From Octopus sinensis (taxonomy: Eukaryota), in assembly GCF_006345805.1 (NCBI RefSeq), contig NW_021828998.1, forward strand, positions 1 to 6,936: a DNA stretch of 6,936 bases, read 5' to 3'. Each line of letters opens with the position of its first letter. Positions within the stretch are counted from its first letter, which is position 1. A program made the translations under genes and the position numbers. Shown piece by piece: positions 1 through 6,860 of the stretch. The notes beneath the pieces are model-generated. The model did not search any database. It was not told where the DNA came from and saw nothing but the letters and a program-made list of their open reading frames with translations.

Positions 1-308
1 TGTGTTGTGGAGTGTGTGCGTGTGGTGTGTGTGTGTGTGGTGTGAGTGTGTGTGCGTGTGTGTGTGGGTGAGTGTGTGCGTGCGGTGTGCGTGTGTGTGT
101 GAGTGTGGTGTGTGCGTGCGTGTGTGTGTGAGTGTGTGTGTGTGCGTGCGTGTGTGTGTGAGTGTGTGTGTGTGCGTGCGTGTGTGTGTGCGTGCGTGTG
201 TGTGCGTGAATGTGTGTGTGCTTCTGTGTGTGTGTGCCTCTGTGTGTGTGGGTGCCTCTGTGTGTGTGTGAAAGAGAGAGAGAGAGAGAGAGAGTGAGAG
301 AGAGAGAG
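1..308. repeat. Degenerate (TG)n array followed by (GA)n
   Basis: TG/CG dinucleotide array at 1-270, including an exact 30-nt tandem unit (121-150 = 151-180), then (GA)n at about 272-308. Confidence 0.97.
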
Positions 309-807
309 CCAGTATTAATTTCACACCCAGAAATGGGAGGAAAGGAAAGGAAATGTTTTAACGTTTCGAATAAACACATTTCTTCAGAAAGATAGGATAG
401 AGAGAAAAGAAGAAGGAAAATAGAAGCGCTCGTCTATCCAACCGTCATGGCATCAAACGCACGCGCGCGTGTACACATGAGTGCGTGTGTGTGTGAGTTT
501 GTGGGTGTGTGTGGGTGTTGTGACAAAATACACGAAATAATTCTGGAAAACGGTGACATAAAGAAACGCAAAAAAATTATAGAGAAAAAGAGAAGGGAAA
601 GAGGAAAGCATAAAATAGACAGATGCAAATTCGTTCATCACTTGGTCGACATCATTACAATATGGACACCTTCCGACAATCGGGGTTAATTTGGTGAATT
701 GAATACGTTTATGGCCGTTTGTTTTGTGTTTTCGATTCGACTACAAATCTATTTCGTCCCTTTCAACCGCATTTTTAATATACATTCATACAAACATGCC
801 TACATGC

Positions 808-849
808 GTGTGTGTGTGTGTGTGTGTGTACATTGAGATGTGTGTGTAT
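808..849. repeat. (TG)n microsatellite
   Basis: (GT)11 at 808-829 plus a degenerate continuation. Confidence 0.9.
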
Positions 850-1254
850 GCATAAATTGTTCCTCGCATTCCGATTCAACCTGCTTCGGCCTTCGTTTTT
901 TGCCTGTCGTCTCTCTGTGTTACCAGCCTCTTCATCCGTCCAATCAATCACCCATCCACCAATCCCCCCCGATCTATTTTCCCTTTCTCTTTCTTTTATC
1001 TCCCCCATTCTCTTCACATTCTTCACAAGACGGTCGCGAAAGCCAACTGTTATTTATCTCAAATGAATTTTGCTTTTACTATGTACACCAAAGGCGTTGA
1101 TAGTAAAAACTGACTTCACCAAACCTGGCAAATTCCATTTGATGTATGTGACTCAGTGCGGTTCGACATTAAAAAAAATTACTTCATCGTTGTGTCGGCT
1201 AAAATTGAGGACATAAAACTTTAAGTGTTAAAAAGGAAAAATAATAAAACGCAT

Positions 1255-1256
<2 letters not shown>

Positions 1257-1286
<30 letters not shown>

Positions 1287-1316
1287 CAACAACAACAATA
1301 GCAACAACAACAACAA
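1257..1316. repeat. (AAT)n/(AAC)n compound microsatellite
   Basis: aataataat...aaacaacaacaacaatagcaacaacaacaacaa. Confidence 0.93.
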
Positions 1317-1518
1317 AGGAAGGGAACGAAACAGGATTCTTTCTTTTGTCTTGCAAAAGATAAAATAGAAATCGATTGAACAGACGATAGGGGTATATGT
1401 GGCGCCATCACGTAGCAGGACTATAAACTACTCTTTAGTTCGGATCAGATATACTTAAACGTGTGTGTGTCGGAAAGAATACATTACGTATATGTATGAA
1501 TGTATGAGTCTGTGCATG

Positions 1519-1579
<61 letters not shown>

Positions 1580-1591
1580 ATGTGTAATATA

Positions 1592-1648
<57 letters not shown>

Positions 1649-1671
1649 TGTATAGTGGGGGGGGGGGGGGG
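1519..1671. repeat. (TA)n-(TG)n-(TA)n array ending in G15
   Basis: TA at 1519-1558, TG at 1559-1579, TA at about 1587-1648, and a G run at 1657-1671. Confidence 0.95.
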
Positions 1672-1710
1672 TAAGAGTTATGTGCATATCTCTGTTGGGG
1701 GAGATGACAA

Positions 1711-1860
1711 AAAGAAGAGAAGGGGAAGTAGCAGGCAAGAATAATAGAAAGATGGGGAAGAAAGGGAGGGGAGAAGTGTGAGAGAGAGAAAGAGAAGGAA
1801 GGAGGGATAAGGGAGAAGAGACAGGGGTGCAAGAGAGAAAGAAAGAGAGAGAGGTAGAGA
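1711..1860 (+). repeat. Purine-rich (GA/GAA) low-complexity tract
   Basis: Almost entirely A/G on the plus strand, so a polypyrimidine tract on the transcribed minus strand. Confidence 0.75.
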
Positions 1861-1877
1861 TACAATCGGAAGTATTC

Positions 1878-1897
1878 TGTGTGTGTGTGTGCGTGCG

Positions 1898-1929
<32 letters not shown>

Positions 1930-1947
1930 CGTGTGTGTGTGTGTGTG
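1878..1947. repeat. (TG)n microsatellite with CG variants
   Basis: Continuous GT/GC dinucleotide array. Confidence 0.95.
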
Positions 1948-2060
1948 GTATGAGATTATCACATGAGAGACGAGAGCAGTGAGCACTTTGTTGATAGAGG
2001 TTAGAGTGAGGGGGTAACATAAAAGAATGGACAGTTTGTACAATAAAGCGTTCGGTGAAA

Positions 2061-2137
2061 TTGCGTCTTAGTTTCGTAATTCACTCATCAGAGGCTGTTT
2101 TTGCACCTGACGAGGGAATTACGAAATTATGACGAAA
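2061..2137. repeat. 31-bp imperfect inverted repeat with a 15-nt spacer; each arm carries a hammerhead-like core
   Basis: Left arm TTGCGTCTTAGTTTCGTAATTCACTCATCAG (2061-2091) matches the reverse complement of 2107-2137 (TTTCGTCATAATTTCGTAATTCCCTCGTCAG) at 26 of 31 positions. Confidence 0.92.
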
Positions 2138-2271
2138 GAAAGAGAACGTGGGAGACCAATGGACAGATTGAAAGAAAGGCAGCTGGATTGAGAAAGTGGG
2201 AAAGAAGGGATTAGTTAGAAATCTAGCCCCTGCGCATTCTTTATTTTCTCTCCTTGTTTGTTTCTGTGTTC

Positions 2272-2307
2272 CTTTCTGTGGAAGAGCGTAGGATCGAAAC
2301 GTTAAAG
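2272..2307 (+). ncRNA. Decayed minimal type I hammerhead-like motif of the Penelope-like-element (PLE) kind
   Basis: CTTT-CTGTGGA-A-GAGC(GTAG)GATC-GAAAC-GTT-AAAG. Stem I is CTTT/AAAG, stem II pairs 3 of 4, and stem III is the loopless palindrome AACGTT. The core CTGTGGA differs from CTGANGA at one position. It probably lies within a larger pyrimidine-rich repeat remnant (about 2240-2393). Confidence 0.5.
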
Positions 2308-2393
2308 ACGTTTTCAGTTCCCGAGCGTTAAACTAATACATCCGTTTGTTGTCTACACCACCTGTCTTCGTCTTTTGTTTTTTTGTGAATTCT

Positions 2394-2406
2394 CCCCCCC
2401 CCCCCC

Positions 2407-2438
<32 letters not shown>

Positions 2439-2447
2439 ATATATATA
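2394..2447. repeat. C13 followed by (TA)n
   Basis: C run at 2394-2406 and TA array at 2407-2447. Confidence 0.95.
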
Positions 2448-2725
2448 GGGAAAAAGAAAGTGAACGAGGGCGAAGAAAATGTAAAGGAAGTTTTAAGAGA
2501 CAAAAGCTTCCGTTCGTTCAACGCCAAATATTTGTGTGGGGTGGGTAGAGAGTTTATAGCCATCACCAATTTATAGATGTAAAATCAATCCCCATTAATA
2601 CACTCGGTATTGATTTCATTCACTTCAGGAGAAATGAAAGACAAAATGGAAACCAGGATTGAAGAATATTTAAGGATTACAAAAATTTCCATTGAAATTA
2701 AAAACATTTCTTTCATTGAACTTAC

Positions 2726-2787
2726 GGTGAGAAAGACTTCGCTGTTGGCTTTCGTTTGGGTCTTCAATAATATCTCGCTGTTCCGGC
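2726..2787 (-). CDS. bra: Brachyury next coding exon (segment after the T-box)
   Basis: Minus strand reads ttttcccgtttacAG|G CCG GAA CAG CGA GAT ATT ATT GAA GAC CCA AAC GAA AGC CAA CAG CGA AGT CTT TCT CAC C|GTAAG. It is 62 nt, phase 2 to phase 1, and splices in frame to the 6399-6460 exon (AG+G = Arg) to give RPEQRDIIEDPNESQQRSLSH. This resembles the vertebrate segment RSDHKEMMEEPGDSQQPGYSQ (recalled, not aligned by tool). Confidence 0.87.
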
Positions 2788-2849
2788 CTGTAAACGGGAA
2801 AATATACAATGGAAAATATACAATAGATGCCTATATACATACATGCATA

Positions 2850-3364
2850 GACAAAGTTGGTTATATTAACATTGATGAGACAAAAAAATATTGGTGAAAC
2901 TTAAAAATTAAAACAGTCACCAAGTTAAAACACACCCAGCCAGATATTTGTGTGTGGGACCACAAGGTAAAGATATGTTCTGTTGCGGAAATCAGCTGCC
3001 CTCTGGACACCAAAGTGGTTAGGAAAATACAAGAGAAAGAGGACATTTATGGATCATTGATAAAGAATTTGCAAACCCAGTACCCAAGATACACTTTCAG
3101 CTTCATATTATTATTATTGGAGCAACATGATACGTACCAACCTGTCTAGAGCAAAGTATGGTTGAAGTCGGGTTTGTAGGGGAGAGAACGCAAATCCTTA
3201 ATTCACACGCTACAAATGATCACTACATTCGAGACTAGAAAAAAACTGCAAGACCTTCAGATTTAAAGGAAGATGAAGAAAACAAGATGCTTTCCTTCAC
3301 AACCTTCCTACCAAGGAGGTGGACGGTCGAAATTTATTCTAGATTATAAAGAGAAAGAGAAAAA
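2850..3364 (+). mobile_element. Second, divergent R4/Dong-like element: severely 5'-truncated, endonuclease end plus 3' UTR only
   Basis: Reading through TGA 2895-2897 gives KKYW*NLKIKTVTKLKHTQPDICVWDHKVKICSVAEISCPLDTKVVRKIQEKEDIYGSLIKNLQTQYPRYTFSFI. After a frameshift it reads IIGAT*YVPTCLEQSMVEVGFVGGERKSLIHTLQ, and after another CKTFRFKGR* (stop 3274-3276). It is colinear with the RLE at 5341-5722, roughly 40-45% identical by hand alignment. PD is at 2940-2945 and E at 2988-2990. The 5' boundary is approximate. Confidence 0.85.
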
Positions 3365-3437
3365 CATACATACATACATACATACATACATACATACATA
3401 CATACATACATACATACATACATACATACACACATAC
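3365..3437 (+). repeat. (CATA)n microsatellite between the two R4-like elements
   Basis: Near-perfect CATA array of about 18 units. It starts right after the first element's putative 3' UTR and ends where RT homology of the second begins. Confidence 0.97.
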
Positions 3438-4700
3438 TCCAGAAACTCTTGGATGGGAAAGCACCTGGAAGAGACTTGGTTGTTGGATACTGGAATAAGA
3501 GCTAACCTCCTACTGATCACGTCTTATCAAGCTTTACCAGCTCTCAAAGGGAACACTCGTATACCAGACTGGTTAGCTCTGGTAGAGACAAAATTATGCC
3601 TCTAATGCAGAACCACTCACACGGAAAAAAAACTACCGCCAATTGCATGCCAGAACTTAATGTATAAGATACATACAGCATGTTTAAACCTCTTCCTCCA
3701 AGACCATTGTGAAACCAATAACATCATCACAGCAGGACAAGCAGCTGGGAAGAAGGGAGTCTGGGGATGTGCCGAACAATTGTAAATAAACCAGGCTGTA
3801 ATGTTAGAGGTGCCGGAGCATAGAAGGAACCTAGTTTCAATATGGATGGACAACAAGGAAGCCTTTGGCTCTCACCCCAACTCACGGATGCTAGAGGTGC
3901 CTCGACTTGCTAAAGTGCCAGTGTGCATAGTCAAAGCCATAGCTGACCTCACTTCACCGTGGGCCACCATCATGAGGTTAAATACAAGGGTAACTGTATT
4001 ATCACTAATGGAATACAGTATCGCAAGGCATATTCCAAAAGGACAGCCTCTCTGTGATGTTGTTTATACTTTCTGTAAACCCCTTGTCGTTCATGTTAAG
4101 GAAGTCTGAAGGATGTCTCACTGGTTTACAAGGAAACAAAAATACCAAAATGACACACTGTTTCTTTGTGGGTGACTTAAAACTTTATGCAAAGAATATG
4201 CATGAGATAGGAAAATTCTTGACTTGGTTACAACATTCTCAAAGGATGAAGGGTTGGAGTTTGGTCAGGGTACATGTGGTTATATGGTTGTGAAAAGGGG
4301 GAAAACTGTAAACCAGACTAGCAACATCTCCATCAATGACTTAACTGTTTCCCCTATATCTGACAACGAATGTTACAGGTATCTAGGGGTGGATGAAAAC
4401 ATATCTTACAATGGCACCTGTAACAAAATACGTGTCACTGATAAGTATTACAACGAATAAAGAAAATTTGGAGCTCAGAACCTCTCTGCATTCAAAAACA
4501 GTAGCCCACAGTGTGCATACTGTGCCAGTACATTTGGTCTACTTGATTGGACACCTGATGAAATCCGAGCCATTAATGTGAAAAACCGGAAAATACTAAC
4601 AAGCACACATAATTTCCACATAAAACAGTGACGTAGACCCCTTACCTAAAACGAAAGCAACGTGACAGAGGCATAAAATCGAACCAAACTGCTTTGAATG
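3437..4700 (+). pseudogene. Disrupted reverse transcriptase region of the R4-like element
   Basis: In-frame stop TAA at 3783-3785 and frameshifts near 3638, about 4000-4025 and about 4222. The catalytic motif reads FVGD (GGT GAC at 4171-4176) instead of (Y/F)xDD. The listed ORFs 3801-4109, 4054-4293, 4224-4460 and 4393-4581 are pieces of this one ORF. Confidence 0.88.
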
Positions 4701-5131
4701 TCATATCATATCCCTTCGGATATGGTACATCTTTTAACCACCAAGTGTTGAAGTGCATCCCTTGACCAAGGTTTGCATACATGAAGCTGATAACATCATA
4801 AGAATTGAAAGGCAGTTCCTTGAGCAGAATTCCTTGTCTGATAACCTTAAATACATCCCCAAAGAAGTTACACGACTCTACCACAAGGTAACATCAGATG
4901 AAAGGATGAGTCTATATGAGCAGGAGACCATGCATGGATATGTTAATAAAAAAGCATCGAGATGATAGTAACATTGATCAGCAAAGCAGTATATTACGGA
5001 CCAATAATGGGATAACTAACTTCGACTTTGAAGGGTATGTGTTTGCAATCCAGGAACAGGAAATATCAACAAAGTACCTGATGCATAAAATGTATAGAGA
5101 CGCAGGAAAAGCAGCAAAATGTGATAACCGA

Positions 5132-5722
5132 TGCAGACTTTGTGTAGTTAAGACCGAAGATATCACCCACATCATAAGCAGTTGTTCGAAAGTGTCATCA
5201 TGGTTGTATCTACCGATGAGACGTGACGTTGTAGCTGGGGCACTATATGATGAAATCCGTCGGAAAGATAACCTCGAGGACAAAGAAATAACAACCCACA
5301 GTATGATAGAAGCCATAGCCACTCATAATAAAAAAAGGAGTTCTGGCGGAATGTACCAGTGAAGACCTCAATAAAATGTAAACACAATAGACCTGATATA
5401 ATGATTTGGGATAGAGAAACTGTGTACAGTTGTGGAAATTAACTGCCCGGTGGATGTTGATATAAAGCTGAAGATCAGTGAAAAAGAGAACACCTATGCT
5501 GAACTATTGAGAAATCTGCAGTTACTCTATCCAGATTACAACTTCAGGTTTATACCTGTAATTATTGGGTCACTGGGATATGTAACACGTTGCCTAAATA
5601 CCAATCTTGAGAAATTAGGCTTCTCAGAACCAGAAAGGAGAAAACTGATTCGAAGACTACAGATCCAATTCATCACTGGGACTGTAAAAATCTGTAAAAC
5701 TTTCCAGAAGTTTATCATTTAA
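5132..5722 (+). pseudogene. CCHC zinc knuckle and PD-(D/E)xK restriction-like endonuclease of the R4-like element
   Basis: CRLC-x8-H-x4-C at 5132-5185, then MRRDVVAG (RHD motif decayed to RRD), FWRNVPVKTSIKCKHNRPDIMIWD (from 5341; PD at 5392-5397) and VEINCPVD...EKENTY...IPVIIGSLGYV...CKTFQKFII*. Frameshifts near 5335 and 5420. Confidence 0.9.
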
Positions 5723-5765
5723 ATATATATGAGCCTGTCTAGATATGTAATTATATGCATGAGAA

Positions 5766-5810
5766 GACATACATAAAACATACATACATACAAACAAACA
5801 AACAAACAAA
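5766..5810 (+). repeat. (CATA)n/(CAAA)n short array inside the R4-like 3' UTR
   Basis: gacatacataaaacatacatacatacaaacaaacaaacaaacaaaa. Confidence 0.85.
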
Positions 5811-5918
5811 AATATTCTGTTGTTGATCTTGAAATTCCAATGAAGGAGTCTTGGATCAAGGTTAGAAACCGGCTCTTTCTCTATTGGCAAGAAATCTCGA
5901 AATAAAACTGAATAAAGA

Positions 5919-6050
5919 CATATATACATACAAACGTACGTACGTACATGCATTCATACAAACGTACGTACATACATACATACATACATACATACATACA
6001 TACAAACGTACGTACACGTGTGTATGTATGTATGTATGTATGTATGTATG
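5919..6050. repeat. Compound (CATA)n tail with a strand flip to (TATG)n
   Basis: CATA units are interspersed with three copies of CATACAAACGTACGTAC (5927-5943, 5955-5971, 5999-6015), followed by the palindrome ACACGTGT (6014-6021) and (TGTA)n at 6021-6050. Confidence 0.95.
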
Positions 6051-6398
6051 TTTGCATAAATCCGGTATACGCAACTGAAATCAAAATAGCCATCTATGTA
6101 TCACATTTAAAGTATGTACACAGTTGATAGGCAAATCACTGCAGTATTTTTCCTGAGATAACACCTCTTACAGATGTGCTGTGCTAAAAACAATATATAT
6201 GAGAAAGAGGGGAAAATTTATCCCAACAAAATCCAGCGGGAACTCCCCGGATCCATTTCAACGTTTTGGGTCTTTTCAATGACGCGTACTCGTAGCCAGT
6301 CACATGCTCCGACGAGCATTCACCGTGTCTGAGAGACGTAAAACAGATTAAAACATTTACCGATGTTGCCAATTGTGAGATTTAATTCTGTGACTTAC

Positions 6399-6460
6399 CT
6401 TTCTTTTGCATCTAAGAAGGCTTTGGCGAAGGGATTGTGTTTAATTTTCAGTGATGTGAT
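6399..6460 (-). CDS. bra: Brachyury (T-box transcription factor T) internal coding exon, end of the T-box domain
   Basis: Minus strand reads tgtctttcAG|ATCACATCACTGAAAATTAAACACAATCCCTTCGCCAAAGCCTTCTTAGATGCAAAAGAAAG|GTAAGT. The 62 nt translate to [20 protein letters not shown](R), phase 0 to phase 2. This is the conserved T-box C-terminal motif, and [10 protein letters not shown] is the Brachyury-type version (other T-box subfamilies usually have AKGF). Acceptor AG at 6462-6461 and donor GTAAGT at 6398-6393 are canonical. Confidence 0.95.
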
Positions 6461-6570
6461 CTGAAAGACACCGAAATACAGACTTATGAAACCATACCCT
6501 TAATCCATAAACTAATCAAAGGTGATTAAAATCAGGGATTGATTGGTTTGTAAATATGGAAACAGCCCAC

Positions 6571-6645
6571 GGGCAAATGGCGTAGTGGTTAAGAGCGCGG
6601 GCTACTAACCCCAAGATTCCGAGTTCGATTCCAGGCAGTGACCTG
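6571..6645 (+). mobile_element. tRNA-derived SINE-like head (Pol III A and B boxes), not a functional tRNA
   Basis: A box TGGCGTAGTGG at 6578-6588 and B box GTTCGATTCC at 6623-6632 sit at tRNA-like spacing. The anticodon-like loop is CT-ACT-AA (6602-6608) with a 3-bp GGG/CCC stem, resembling the GGACTGCTAATCC arm of tRNA-Ser(GCT). The acceptor stem does not pair, the T stem pairs only 3 of 5, and a simple-repeat tail follows directly. Confidence 0.8.
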
Positions 6646-6735
6646 AACAACAACAACAACAACAATAATAATAATAACAACAACAACAACAATAATAATA
6701 ATAATAATAATGATGATGATAATAATAATAATGAA

Positions 6736-6803
<68 letters not shown>

Positions 6804-6860
6804 TGGTGGCATGCTCTGCTCGCTCACTCAATAATAATAATAATAACGATAATAATAATT
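6646..6860 (+). repeat. (AAC)n/(AAT)n/(GAT)n compound microsatellite, the tail or landing site of the SINE
   Basis: Long trinucleotide array starting right after gtgacctg, interrupted by ggtggcatgctctgctcgctcactc at about 6805-6830. Confidence 0.95.

Larger units (their letters stand above)
3437..5918 (+). mobile_element. 5'-truncated, inactivated R4/Dong-clade non-LTR retrotransposon (RT + CCHC + restriction-like endonuclease + 3' UTR)
   Basis: Stitching frames gives ordered motifs: KAPGRD (3458-3475), IPDWL, NYR(P)IAC (3631-3650), WMDNKEAFGS (3843-3872), GIFQKDSLSVMLFILSVNPLS (from 4027), HCFFVGDLKLYAKN (YxDD position at 4165-4176), YRYLG (4374-4388), CCHC (5132-5185), RPD..E..EK endonuclease (5389-5490) and stop 5720-5722. 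A 3' UTR with two AATAAA (5901-5906, 5911-5916) is followed by a (CATA)n tail. A C-terminal RLE and these RT motif variants indicate an early-branched RLE clade, most like R4/Dong/Rex6. The clade call is from motif recall. Confidence 0.9.
2788..6398 (-). other. Brachyury GT-AG intron (3611 nt) containing two retrotransposon remnants
   Basis: Bounded by GTAAGT (6398-6393) and TTTACAG (2794-2788) on the minus strand, with frame-compatible exons on both sides. By eye I found no other Brachyury-like exon inside it. Confidence 0.83.

Noticed and set aside
447-689. 80-aa plus-strand ORF with a basic, NLS-like stretch
   Set aside because: Its composition comes from a GT array and an A/G-rich tract. 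It has no recognisable motif and is antisense within a probable intron.
1330-1425. Candidate further Brachyury exon after a minus-strand TTTATAG near 1421-1427
   Set aside because: The phase-1 translation (LLRDGATYTPIVCSIDF...) has no Brachyury resemblance, and there is no good donor before the microsatellite.
2-2043. Many ORFs rich in CV, HT, YI or ER repeats on both strands
   Set aside because: They are translations of (TG)n, (TA)n and (GA)n microsatellites, which lack stops in some frames. No domain signal.
2598-2662. Possible decayed fragment of a common mollusc SINE core in reverse orientation
   Set aside because: The resemblance rests only on my recall of a consensus and is weak. It needs RepeatMasker or Dfam to support it.
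2610-2897. 95-aa plus-strand ORF as an independent gene or as the upstream part of the retrotransposon ORF
   Set aside because: It overlaps the Brachyury exon antisense (2726-2787) and has no CCHC. Only the last roughly 15 codons align with the endonuclease region.
3437-5722. Active or domesticated reverse transcriptase gene
   Set aside because: Multiple stops and frameshifts, loss of a catalytic Asp (FVGD), a decayed RHD motif and 5' truncation.
6571-6645. Functional tRNA-Ser(ACT)
   Set aside because: The acceptor stem does not pair, anticodon and T stems are only 3 bp, there is no long Ser variable arm, and a microsatellite follows instead of an oligo-T terminator.
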